Source: an uncultured Candidatus Saccharibacteria bacterium (GTDB taxonomy: Bacteria > Patescibacteriota > Minisyncoccia > Phycocordibacterales > UBA9973). From it: 64,000 nucleotides of DNA. The position numbers were made by a program, and so were the translations under genes. Of this stretch, positions 46,618 to 55,701 are shown in pieces (the stretch's first letter is position 1; every line of letters begins with the position of its first letter). Location: NCBI GenBank assembly GCA_964505155.1, contig CAZDGL010000004.1, positions 4,110 to 68,109 of the forward strand, given 5' to 3'. The notes beneath the pieces were generated by a model. It was given only the letters and a program-made list of their open reading frames with translations. It was not told the origin of the DNA and searched no databases.

Positions 46618-48462
46618 ATGAAATATTTACTAGTTCCATTACTGATAATTAGCTTGATAAAAGTTGATTTTTCAGTCATCCCCGCGTGGGAGCCATGGAG
46701 TATGCAACGGGTAGAATACGATCCGCAGAAAAACGTATTTGTTGATTACAACAAGGTATGGGATAACTGGATGTTTTCCTTAAATCTTGAAGAACGGAAG
46801 AAGCTCATGGAGCCGACCGAAATCCCTGCTAAGAAAAAGACGAAGTTCTGCTTCAGGCAGGATTTATTTACCGATGACAAACGTTATCTCACTGCCAGTG
46901 CATTTGCTACTGGATTTGCAAAGAAAGATCAACGTCGTCGCTTTGTGCTGATTAACGTTGAGGAAACAATTCTCGACAAAACAAAAGAAGGTGACCGTCA
47001 GTATCGTGCATGGCCACATCTTGGAATTCTTTTTGTCGGTACTGCCGCACATGAAGAAGAATGGGATGTAGTACTCTGGGACGAATTAGTACAGGGTCAT
47101 GTTGACCTTGAAAAACTTGTTCAACCTGGAGACGTTGTTGGCTTCAGTTTGGTTGTTACAGGTATTGAGCGTGGTGTAGGGCTGGCTCGCAAAGCAAAAA
47201 CACTTGGAGCTCAATATGTAATTACTGGGAACGATTCTGCGATTTTTCGTGTGAATCAACTTCTCGCATTACCTGGTAAACCAATTGATGCTGTATTTAC
47301 AACAAACAGTGTTATGGCGGTTCGGTCATTCTTTCGGCAAATTAGTAATGTGCCTATCGAATCAATTCGTATTCCTGGATTCGAAACAAACGCAGGAGTA
47401 TATCAACGTTCAAATGAACGAGACTGGCTGATAGCTGAAATGTCAGAACGTAAGAAAGGATTTGATGCAGATGATGTGTTTATCGTGCCAAAGCTCGATC
47501 TGTATCCGCAATCCTATTGGGATGAGGTATGGGGTAATTATCGCAATCAATTTGGGCATAAACATCCAAATCCTGAGACGGTAAAGAACGCATTGGCACT
47601 ATTTGCTCAAGGGTGCACACGTACCCAGGGACATGATGTTTGTAGCTACTGCACCATTGCAGGAGTCGCAGATATCCGTATCCCGTCCCGTGAGTACATC
47701 GTAAAAACCGCCGAGTTGTACAAAAACTTCGGCATTGACATGGTGTTTAATGTAACCGATTCGGTGTTTGAAATGACACCAGTGGTGCATGCATTGCGGG
47801 AAGAGAACATTCACTTCAATGCAATGACCATTTACGGTCGTGCTCAAGGCCTTACAAAAATGCCCCAACAAATTGAAAAATGGTTGTCTGTTGTAAAAGA
47901 CAGATTACTCATTAATGTTGGAATGGATTCGGGAGATGACAATTCGCTTAAACAAGGGGTTGTGAAGTCTTCTATCACACAAGGTTCACGAGTTAGTGAA
48001 AACAGAACTGCCGTTGAGAATATTAAGAAAACGGGAGCACACCTTCATTACTCGCTAATCTTCGGTTCACCTGGAGAATCCAAAGAATCATGTGACAGGA
48101 GCATTGAGTTCCTGGAGTGGACGATTCAAACGTTAGGTAGTCAGCTTGATATCTGCGAAACGGACATCTTCTGGTTGAACTTTGGCTCACCAGCAGGAAG
48201 AATATTTCATGATTATCCGCACGCAGTGTACCTCTCAAGTTTAGCTGGGAAGTTCATTACCCCTGAAGAGTGGAAGAAACATTTTGTCGCTTTCAAAGAC
48301 AACCTATTTGTTCCATTGGAAGTTGAACAATCCTGGTATCAGTATTTTACAAATATAGATCTTGATACTGCTCAGGAGTACAACAAGAAGTGTACTGAAC
48401 TTATGGCAAAGCACACAGGCAGTATCCGTGGTAGAGCATTCAAGCCTTCTTTAGATAGTTAG
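46618..48462 (+). CDS. B12-binding (class B-like) radical SAM protein with CX8CX2C motif
   Basis: PHLGILFVG...DVVGFS...VITG (B12-binding-like); QGCTRTQGHDVCSYC; VGMDSG; IFGSPGES. Confidence 0.75.
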   Translation: MKYLLVPLLIISLIKVDFSVIPAWEPWSMQRVEYDPQKNVFVDYNKVWDNWMFSLNLEERKKLMEPTEIPAKKKTKFCFRQDLFTDDKRYLTASAFATGFAKKDQRRRFVLINVEETILDKTKEGDRQYRAWPHLGILFVGTAAHEEEWDVVLWDELVQGHVDLEKLVQPGDVVGFSLVVTGIERGVGLARKAKTLGAQYVITGNDSAIFRVNQLLALPGKPIDAVFTTNSVMAVRSFFRQISNVPIESIRIPGFETNAGVYQRSNERDWLIAEMSERKKGFDADDVFIVPKLDLYPQSYWDEVWGNYRNQFGHKHPNPETVKNALALFAQGCTRTQGHDVCSYCTIAGVADIRIPSREYIVKTAELYKNFGIDMVFNVTDSVFEMTPVVHALREENIHFNAMTIYGRAQGLTKMPQQIEKWLSVVKDRLLINVGMDSGDDNSLKQGVVKSSITQGSRVSENRTAVENIKKTGAHLHYSLIFGSPGESKESCDRSIEFLEWTIQTLGSQLDICETDIFWLNFGSPAGRIFHDYPHAVYLSSLAGKFITPEEWKKHFVAFKDNLFVPLEVEQSWYQYFTNIDLDTAQEYNKKCTELMAKHTGSIRGRAFKPSLDS

Positions 48463-48477
48463 TACATTGTGTATTTT

Positions 48478-48504
48478 AAAAGCCCTTCAATTGAAGGGCT
48501 TTTT
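48478..48504 (+). terminator. Intrinsic terminator
   Basis: AAAAGCCCTTCAA/TTGAAGGGCTTTT. Confidence 0.8.
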
Positions 48505-48537
48505 ATTGTAATAATAAACAATGCTATAATTTGGTAT

Positions 48538-48990
48538 ATGACACTTCAAACCCAAATACGAGAAAAGCTAAAGGTAGCAATGAAAGAAAAGGACCAAGTT
48601 GGTCTTGATACTTTGCGTGCAGTTTTGGCAGGATGTACCAACGAGCTAGTGGCTTCTGGAAAGACTCCACAAGACGATCTAGATGATGCCGGTGTTATCA
48701 AGGTCATCACTCGACTTATCAAGCAACGCAAAGATTCTATGGAGCAGTTTACTACAGCAGGGCGTGCTGATTTGGTAGCAGGAGAGCAGGCTCAGCTTTG
48801 GGTACTAGAGCAGTTTATGCCTGAGCAGATGAGTGAAGAAAAAGTGCGAGCTATAACAGTAGCCAAGCAAACAGAGCTCGGACACACTGACAAAAGCAAG
48901 ATGGGTATTCTCATCGGAGCTGTGATGAAAGAGGTGGGCTCACAAGCAGATGGCGCACTGGTCAAAAAGGTTGTTGAATCTTTATTCTAA
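48538..48990 (+). CDS. GatB/YqeY domain protein
   Basis: AMKEKD, KQRKDSMEQF, GRADL, ADG.LVK. Confidence 0.92.
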   Translation: MTLQTQIREKLKVAMKEKDQVGLDTLRAVLAGCTNELVASGKTPQDDLDDAGVIKVITRLIKQRKDSMEQFTTAGRADLVAGEQAQLWVLEQFMPEQMSEEKVRAITVAKQTELGHTDKSKMGILIGAVMKEVGSQADGALVKKVVESLF

Positions 48991-49005
48991 ATATATAATT
49001 TAAAA

Positions 49006-49347
49006 ATGATATTACTCAGGTGGTTTATAACAGTTCTCGCAATATTTGCTTTGCCATATTTTGTGGCAGGCATAGGAGTCAATAGTATCTTGACTGCTAT
49101 CGTGGTCGCAGCTTGTTTGGTATTTCTAAACATGGTTATCAAGCCATTTGTTACTATGCTGACCTTACCACTAAATATCCTGACTCTGGGACTATTTTCT
49201 CTTGTCATCAACGGCGCATTCTTTTGGTTTGTGGGACAAATCATCCAAGGTTTTTCAGTAAGCTCTTTTCAAGCAGCTATTATCGGCGCTTTTGTCATCT
49301 CGGTCATCAACTGGATTATTGGTAAGTTTGTAAAGCATGATGAGTAA
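49006..49347 (+). CDS. Phage holin family 4_2 (DUF360) membrane protein
   Basis: KPFVTMLTLPLNILTLGLFSLVING. Confidence 0.88.
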   Translation: MILLRWFITVLAIFALPYFVAGIGVNSILTAIVVAACLVFLNMVIKPFVTMLTLPLNILTLGLFSLVINGAFFWFVGQIIQGFSVSSFQAAIIGAFVISVINWIIGKFVKHDE

Positions 49348-50239
49348 AGTTTATACAATAGTTACTCATGACAACCTTTTTCACTTAGATGATCTTTTTG
49401 CCTGTACAATAATTCAAATCTATTTAGATAGTATCAATCAAGAATATAAAATTATCAGAACTAGAGAAAAGGAAATTATTGCAAGTGGTGATTACGTTGT
49501 TGATGTGGGTGATATATATGATAATTCAACAAAAAGATTTGATCATCACCAAAAAGGAGGGGCAGGTATTCGATCAAACAACATCCCTTATGCTTCTGCT
49601 GGTTTGGTTTGGAAAGAGTATGGTGAAATAATTTCTGGATCAAAAATAGTTTCTAATATTTTAGATGAAAAACTGTTTCAAGTTCTAGACGCTGATGATA
49701 ATGGCATTGAGTATTATAAAAATATTTTAACTGATTTAGATACTGTTACTATTCATAAGTTTTTTTATACTTTTCGCCCTACATGGAAAGAGGATCCAGA
49801 AAACTTTAATTTTGTTTTTGAAGATTTGTTGCCATTTGTTAAAAAGTATATTTTAAGAAAAATTAAGGTAGAGCAAGATAAACTCGAAGCTTTAGAAAAA
49901 GTAGAAGAAGCTTACAACAATTCAAAAGATAAAAGAGTTGTTTTCATGGACAAGCCATACCCAGGAGATGAGTTTCTTATGTCAAAAAAAGAAGTTCTTT
50001 ACAAAATAAGTCCAAATGCAAATGGAACAGCCTGGGGAGTTAAGACAATAAAAGATTCAGATGAGTCTTTTGAAAACAGGAAAGATCTACCAAAAGAGTG
50101 GGCAGGTCTTCGTGATGAAGAGATTCAAAGAGTTACAGGAGTTAAGGATGCAATTTTTTGTCACAATGCATTATTTTTAGCAACAGCGAAATCCAAAGAA
50201 GGCGCTTTGGAATTGGCGAGAATTGCTGTAGAGTATTAG
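49340..50239 (+). CDS. MYG1 family (DHH-like) exonuclease
   Basis: THDNLFHLDD, VVDVG, FDHHQ, ASAGLVW, DADDNG, WAGL, FCH. Confidence 0.9.
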   Translation: MSKVYTIVTHDNLFHLDDLFACTIIQIYLDSINQEYKIIRTREKEIIASGDYVVDVGDIYDNSTKRFDHHQKGGAGIRSNNIPYASAGLVWKEYGEIISGSKIVSNILDEKLFQVLDADDNGIEYYKNILTDLDTVTIHKFFYTFRPTWKEDPENFNFVFEDLLPFVKKYILRKIKVEQDKLEALEKVEEAYNNSKDKRVVFMDKPYPGDEFLMSKKEVLYKISPNANGTAWGVKTIKDSDESFENRKDLPKEWAGLRDEEIQRVTGVKDAIFCHNALFLATAKSKEGALELARIAVEY

Positions 50240-50243
50240 AACT

Positions 50244-51227
50244 ATGGCATTTCTTGATGAAATCACAATACATGCAAAGGCGGGCAAGGGAGGCAACGGA
50301 GTTGTCTCTTGGCGTCGTGAGAAATTTATCGCCAAGGGTGGACCAAATGGGGGAGATGGAGGTCAGGGTGGCGATGTCTTTATAAAGGCTATACGAAGTT
50401 TGCGAGTACTTGATCAATACAGAAGCAAAAAGGAGTTTTTGGCTCCAAATGGTGTACATGGTGGATCCCGCTCTTTCAAAGGTGCTAACGGTGAAGATCT
50501 TTATATAGAGTTTCCAATAGGATCAAAGATTACAAAAGTCGCAACTGGAGAAGTTTTTGAACTTTCTCATGAAGGTCAAGAAATCAGAATACTTCGTGGT
50601 GGAGCAGGGGGGCATGGCAATGAGCATTTCAAAAGTTCTACAAATCAGGCGCCAAAAGAAGCTACTCCCGGCAAAGACGGTGAAGAGTCTGATTTGCATA
50701 TAGAAGTCTCTTTGATTGCTGACGTCGGACTAGTCGGTTTTCCAAATGCAGGAAAAAGTAGTTTGTTGAACGCTCTCACAAATGCCACAGCCAAAGTCGG
50801 AGAATATCCTTTTACCACCATTGACCCAAACCTTGGAGATTTGTACGGATATATCATCGCTGACATCCCAGGACTTATCGAAGGTGCTAGTAGTGGCAAG
50901 GGGCTTGGATTTACTTTTCTTCGCCATATCACCAAGACCAAGATAATTCTTCATCTTGTTTCTTTGGAGCAATCAGACTGTATGAAAGCCTATGAGACTA
51001 TTCGAGGGGAGCTGGAGAAGTTTGGACAAGGCCTAACAGAAAAAGAAGAAGTCATACTCTTGACCAAGACAGATGTCACAACTCCAGATGTGGTAGAAAA
51101 AACAAAAAAAGAGTTTGAATCCTTAAATAAAAAAGTTTTTGCTGTTACTCTTTTTGATGACGAAAATGTCAAAGCCTTTCAAGATGAATTTGTCCACTAT
51201 CTCAAAACAAAAACTTCCTCTGTTTAG
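50244..51227 (+). CDS. obgE: GTPase Obg
   Basis: GGPNGGDGG, DVGLVGFPNAGKS, YPFTT, DIPGLIEGA. Confidence 0.97.
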   Translation: MAFLDEITIHAKAGKGGNGVVSWRREKFIAKGGPNGGDGGQGGDVFIKAIRSLRVLDQYRSKKEFLAPNGVHGGSRSFKGANGEDLYIEFPIGSKITKVATGEVFELSHEGQEIRILRGGAGGHGNEHFKSSTNQAPKEATPGKDGEESDLHIEVSLIADVGLVGFPNAGKSSLLNALTNATAKVGEYPFTTIDPNLGDLYGYIIADIPGLIEGASSGKGLGFTFLRHITKTKIILHLVSLEQSDCMKAYETIRGELEKFGQGLTEKEEVILLTKTDVTTPDVVEKTKKEFESLNKKVFAVTLFDDENVKAFQDEFVHYLKTKTSSV

Positions 51228-51569
51228 GAGGAAGGCTTGAGGACAGTCTTTGGGTAGTTGTTTTATTTCTGACCACTTTTTTGTTTTGAGGACAAAGATT
51301 AAGATCTTTGTTTTATCAAAACTTTGCAAAATAATGTCTTCTGTTGTTTTACAAATAACATTGAAACGAATACTGCTTTGAGGAAGCGCAACGATAAAGC
51401 GCTCCTCGCTGGTCCGGACTCGTAGTGAGTCGTTGCCGTTTTTTGAGTATTTTATGGAAGCCCCAATGTTTTTGCTGGAACCTCCACTGAAATGATATTT
51501 ATCTGTAGAACCAAACTTTATATTGCAAGAGACCAGAGCCAGAAAAAGTACAATAGGTAAGATTTTCAT
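51123..51569 (-). CDS. Hypothetical lipoprotein-like ORFan (3' end overlaps obg)
   Basis: MKILPIVLFLALVS|C lipobox-like start. Confidence 0.5.
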   Translation of the reverse strand: MKILPIVLFLALVSCNIKFGSTDKYHFSGGSSKNIGASIKYSKNGNDSLRVRTSEERFIVALPQSSIRFNVICKTTEDIILQSFDKTKILIFVLKTKKWSEIKQLPKDCPQAFLLNRGSFCFEIVDKFILKGFDIFVIKKSNSKNFFI

Positions 51570-51643
51570 TTGGTAAGCATTTTTATAAGTCTACACGTTA
51601 TCTACAAAAAGAAAAGCCCCGCGATTGCGGGGCAGTTTTTTGG

Positions 51644-51898
51644 TTAAGCACTTGGTTCCAAGTTTTCATAGTGTTGTCTGTAGAATCCTTCGTGTGGATT
51701 CTGTTCATTTTCATTTAAAATACTACTGGTGCCGTTGAGGTGGGTAAGATCTCCAGAAGGGATAGTTTTTAACCTTTTTACTGGTTTTCGATCAGCGACC
51801 CTTTGATTTCTGGATTTTTGGCACATAGTTATTAATTGCTTACATAGTGACCCAAATCTTCTCAGTGGATCTACTTGGTTTTGATTTTCTCCAGACAT
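51644..51898 (-). CDS. Hypothetical protein (ORFan)
   Basis: TTGACA-17-TATACT promoter upstream of ATG 51898; GCCCCGC hairpin downstream. Confidence 0.55.
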   Translation of the reverse strand: MSGENQNQVDPLRRFGSLCKQLITMCQKSRNQRVADRKPVKRLKTIPSGDLTHLNGTSSILNENEQNPHEGFYRQHYENLEPSA

Positions 51899-51993
51899 AA
51901 CAACTAGATTTTGAGGGTTAAAGAAAGTTCTATTGCAGTATACAACTATTGTATTTATTGTCAAAGAGTTAGCCTTTGAGGTATACTCCACAA

Positions 51994-53409
51994 ATGGAAA
52001 AAACCTACTACATTACTATCGGGCTTGAAATACACGCCGAACTCTCTACAGAGAGTAAGATGTTTTGTGCTTGCAAAAACGATCCAAATGAAGAGCGACA
52101 AAATACAAATATTTGTCCTATCTGTATGGGGCATCCTGGAACTTTGCCAGTACCCAACAAAAAGGCGATAGAGAGTGTCATCAAAGTAGGTCTGGCACTT
52201 GGATCAAATATTGCAGGCTTCACTGAGTTTGATAGAAAAAACTATTTTTACCCCGACATTCCAAAGGGTTACCAGATTTCTCAATACAAATATCCTATAG
52301 TTACAGGAGGAGAGCTAAATGGCAAGGCTATTACTCGTATTCATCTGGAAGAAGACACAGGTCTTTCAAAACACGACAGAGGAGATTTCACTCTTGTAGA
52401 TTTCAATCGTGCTGGAGTGCCACTGATGGAGTTAGTAACAGAACCTGTCATTCACAGCGCCAAAGAAGCTGGAGACTTTGCTCGTGAACTTCAGTTGCTT
52501 TTGCGGACTCTGGGAGTATCAGAAGCTAACATGGAAAAAGGTGAGATGCGTGTCGAACCCAACATTTCTCTCTCTCCAAACCCTGATAAATTTGGAACAA
52601 AAGTAGAGGTCAAAAACTTAAACTCTTTTAAAGCAGTGGAAAAAGCTATCGAATACGAACTTGCTCGTATGCAGGCCCTATATGAAGCTGGAAGGGAAGA
52701 TGAAATAGTCCAAGAGACACGTGGTTGGGATGAAAACAAACAGACTACATTTTCACAACGCTCCAAAGAAAATGCCAACGACTACCGATATTTTCCAGAC
52801 CCTGACATTCCAAAGTTTATGCTCAGCGAGCTCTTTGATATGGATGCACTCAAGCTCTCTCTGCCAGAGCTTCCTTGGCAAAAGCGAGATAGATACAAAA
52901 AAGACTTTGGTCTTGGCGAAGAGTCCGAGACTTTTGTGATAGATACTGAGCTTGCAAAGTATTTTGAAACTGTTGCTCGAAATTTACAAAATACTGACCA
53001 GATAAAAACAGCTTCAAACTATATACTCTCTGATATGCTCGGAAATTTGAAAAAGGATAGTAGTTTGCAAATGCCTTCACCGGAGAATTTTGTAAATCTT
53101 GTTCTTATGATTTCTGGCAGTGAAATAACTTCTCGCGGAGCCAAGGATATACTCTTAGCGATGATGAAGGTAGATCAAGACCCAAAAGCTTTAGCTGAAA
53201 AAGAAGGGTTACTACAACAAAATGATGAAGAGTCTCTCAGAACAATGGTTCAGAAAATAATTTCTGAAAATGAAAATTTGGTTGCTCAGTTCAAATCTGG
53301 TAAGGAATCCATACTCCAAGCGCTCGTTGGTCTCATGATGAAAGAAACCAAAGGTAGTGCCAATCCACAAATAGCCATGAAGCTTTTGAAAGAAGAGCTT
53401 TCCAGATAG
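51994..53409 (+). CDS. gatB: Asp/Glu-tRNA amidotransferase subunit B
   Basis: IGLEIHAEL, FDRKNYFYPD, RIHLEED, RAGVPLMELV, YRYFPDPD. Confidence 0.97.
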   Translation: MEKTYYITIGLEIHAELSTESKMFCACKNDPNEERQNTNICPICMGHPGTLPVPNKKAIESVIKVGLALGSNIAGFTEFDRKNYFYPDIPKGYQISQYKYPIVTGGELNGKAITRIHLEEDTGLSKHDRGDFTLVDFNRAGVPLMELVTEPVIHSAKEAGDFARELQLLLRTLGVSEANMEKGEMRVEPNISLSPNPDKFGTKVEVKNLNSFKAVEKAIEYELARMQALYEAGREDEIVQETRGWDENKQTTFSQRSKENANDYRYFPDPDIPKFMLSELFDMDALKLSLPELPWQKRDRYKKDFGLGEESETFVIDTELAKYFETVARNLQNTDQIKTASNYILSDMLGNLKKDSSLQMPSPENFVNLVLMISGSEITSRGAKDILLAMMKVDQDPKALAEKEGLLQQNDEESLRTMVQKIISENENLVAQFKSGKESILQALVGLMMKETKGSANPQIAMKLLKEELSR

Positions 53410-53423
53410 CGTATACTATAGAT

Positions 53424-53846
53424 ATGGAAACAAATAAAAATAATTCAAAGTTAGTAATTGTTGGAGTAGTTGCTTTAGTTTTGGGCTATCTTGTTTATCC
53501 TCAAATAAACAAGCAAAAGGTACCTATTGGTATGCACCAAATGCCAGATGGCTCTATGATGATGGATGTAAACAACCAAATGCACACCAGCATGACTATG
53601 GACTCGATGATGGAGGCTATGACTGCAAGTCTTAAAGATAAAACAGGGCAAGAGTTTGACAGTGCTTTTCTAGAAGAAATGATCCCTCACCACCAGGGAG
53701 CTATCGAGATGGCTCAGATGGTACTCAAAACTTCCAAAAAGCCTGAACTTATCAAGCTTGCCAACGATATTATCTCAGCTCAACAAAAAGAGATAAACAT
53801 GATGAGAGACTGGCAGAGGCAGTGGTTTGGTATACAACCAGAATAA
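53424..53846 (+). CDS. DUF305 (CopM-like) Met/His-rich protein
   Basis: FLEEMIPHHQGAIEMA, IISAQQKEI. Confidence 0.9.
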   Translation: METNKNNSKLVIVGVVALVLGYLVYPQINKQKVPIGMHQMPDGSMMMDVNNQMHTSMTMDSMMEAMTASLKDKTGQEFDSAFLEEMIPHHQGAIEMAQMVLKTSKKPELIKLANDIISAQQKEINMMRDWQRQWFGIQPE

Positions 53847-53922
53847 AGACACAAAATAACAAAAATCCATATCATATGGATTTTTGTTTTGCCTGCCTGC
53901 GCAGACAGGGTATAATATATCA

Positions 53923-54945
53923 ATGAGTAAAATAAAAGTAGCAATAAATGGTTTTGGTCGTATAGGAAGAGCATTTCTAAAGGTAGCTTGGGAGCGACCT
54001 GAGATAGAGGTAGTGGCAGTGAATGATCTCGGTTCTATCGAGTCTCTCGCGTACTTACTACGTCATGATACTGTTTATAGAGCGTGGGGCAAAGATGTAA
54101 AGATAGACGGAGCAAACTTGGTAATAGATGCAAAGACAATTAAGTTTATTTCTGAGAAAGATACTACCAAGCTTCCATGGGGAGACCTTGGCGTAGATGT
54201 AGTTGTGGAGTCTACTGGACTTTTTACTTCTTTTGAAAAAGCTAAGTTTCATCTCGACTGTGGTGCAAAGAAGGTTGTGATCTCAGCACCAAGTAAGGGC
54301 GACGGGTCTTTCCCTGGAGAAACTATCCTTCTCGGAGTAAATGAAGAAAAGTTTGGCACATGCGACATCACATCGAACGCTTCATGTACTACCAATGCTT
54401 CTAGTCCTCTCATTGCTATCTTAGATGAAGTGCTCGGTATTGAAAAGGCTATTTTAAACACTGTTCATGGGTACACTGCTTCGCAAGCGCTCGTAGACGG
54501 TCCAAGCAAAAAGGATTTGAGAGAGGGAAGAGCGGCCGCACAAAACATAGTACCAAGCTCGACCGGTGCAGCTATCGCCGTCACCAAAGCATTTCCAGCT
54601 CTCGAAGGTCTCTTTGATGGCATCTCTATCCGCGTGCCAGTACCAGCAGGATCGATAGTAGACATTACGTTTATTGCCAAGCGAGATACAACTAGAGAGG
54701 AGGTAAATGAAATACTTATAAAGGCATCCAAAGATTCACGCTGGGCAAATATCTTTGCTGTTACTGATGAACCTCTTGTTTCAAGTGATATCCTTGGCAA
54801 CAGTCATGCTTCTATTGCTGACCTTGAAATGACTCGAGTAGTCGGTGGCAACTTGGTAAAAGTCCTTGGTTGGTACGACAATGAAATGGGGTATACCTAC
54901 ACACTTGTGGACCATGTTATTAAGACAGGGAAGACAATAAAATAA
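53923..54945 (+). CDS. gap: Type I glyceraldehyde-3-phosphate dehydrogenase
   Basis: INGFGRIGR, SNASCTTN, WYDNEMGY. Confidence 0.97.
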   Translation: MSKIKVAINGFGRIGRAFLKVAWERPEIEVVAVNDLGSIESLAYLLRHDTVYRAWGKDVKIDGANLVIDAKTIKFISEKDTTKLPWGDLGVDVVVESTGLFTSFEKAKFHLDCGAKKVVISAPSKGDGSFPGETILLGVNEEKFGTCDITSNASCTTNASSPLIAILDEVLGIEKAILNTVHGYTASQALVDGPSKKDLREGRAAAQNIVPSSTGAAIAVTKAFPALEGLFDGISIRVPVPAGSIVDITFIAKRDTTREEVNEILIKASKDSRWANIFAVTDEPLVSSDILGNSHASIADLEMTRVVGGNLVKVLGWYDNEMGYTYTLVDHVIKTGKTIK

Positions 54946-54951
54946 GAAAAC

Positions 54952-55269
54952 ATGATTACTTACTTTCAAATTTTAAAGGCGATAATTACTGCATTAATCT
55001 TCCCAGCTTTATTGATTTTTGGTTTGGCGGTTGTTTCTAAACCGATGAGCTCTATTAATACAAGAAATAAAGTTGTGTTGCACTTATATCTTAATTTAGC
55101 TCTATGCATAATAGGATTTTCAGGCATTATTTTAATACTTTTTAATCCATCTATTGCTATTTTTTCTTTTGGGCTAGCTCCTTTGTTCGCTATAATCTTT
55201 GTATTGGTTTCTTTGTCTAAGTTTAGGAAGCTAATAAATTATATACTTGATAAAAAAGATTTATTATGA
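54952..55269 (+). CDS. Hypothetical 3-TM membrane protein (AT-rich insert)
   Basis: Fills the gap-rpiB junction; stop overlaps the rpiB ATG. Confidence 0.7.
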   Translation: MITYFQILKAIITALIFPALLIFGLAVVSKPMSSINTRNKVVLHLYLNLALCIIGFSGIILILFNPSIAIFSFGLAPLFAIIFVLVSLSKFRKLINYILDKKDLL

Positions 55270-55700
55270 AAATTCATTTAGCTACAGATCATGCAGGGTT
55301 TGAACACAAAGAAGTTTTGAAGTCTCATCTTTTAGAAAAAGGGTACGAGGTTGTTGATCATGGACCAGACAAGCTCGATGAGAACGACGATTATCCAGAC
55401 TTTATCACTCCGTGTGCGCAGGCTATAGCCTCTTTGCCAAGCGACAAGGCTATTATCTTTGGTGGGTCAGGAGAAGGGGAGGCTATGTGCGCCAACCGTA
55501 TCAAAGGAGTGAGAGCTGTGGTCTACTACGGTGGCAACACTGACATAATCACCTTTTCTCGTGATCACAATGATGCCAACATCCTTTCTATCGGAGCACG
55601 TTTTATGACTGAAGAAGAAGTCACACCTATTGTACAAATGTGGCTCGACACACCGTTTTCTGGTAACGAAAGACATGTTAGAAGATTAGCGAAGTTTTAA
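55266..55700 (+). CDS. rpiB: Ribose-5-phosphate isomerase B
   Basis: DHAGF, DDYPD, GGSGEGE, HNDAN, RHVRR. Confidence 0.95.
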   Translation: MKIHLATDHAGFEHKEVLKSHLLEKGYEVVDHGPDKLDENDDYPDFITPCAQAIASLPSDKAIIFGGSGEGEAMCANRIKGVRAVVYYGGNTDIITFSRDHNDANILSIGARFMTEEEVTPIVQMWLDTPFSGNERHVRRLAKF

Positions 55701-55701
55701 A

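Noticed and set aside
49006-49347. 'Phage holin' as evidence of a prophage
   Set aside because: DUF360/holin 4_2 genes are common chromosomal genes, and no phage structural or lysis genes are nearby.
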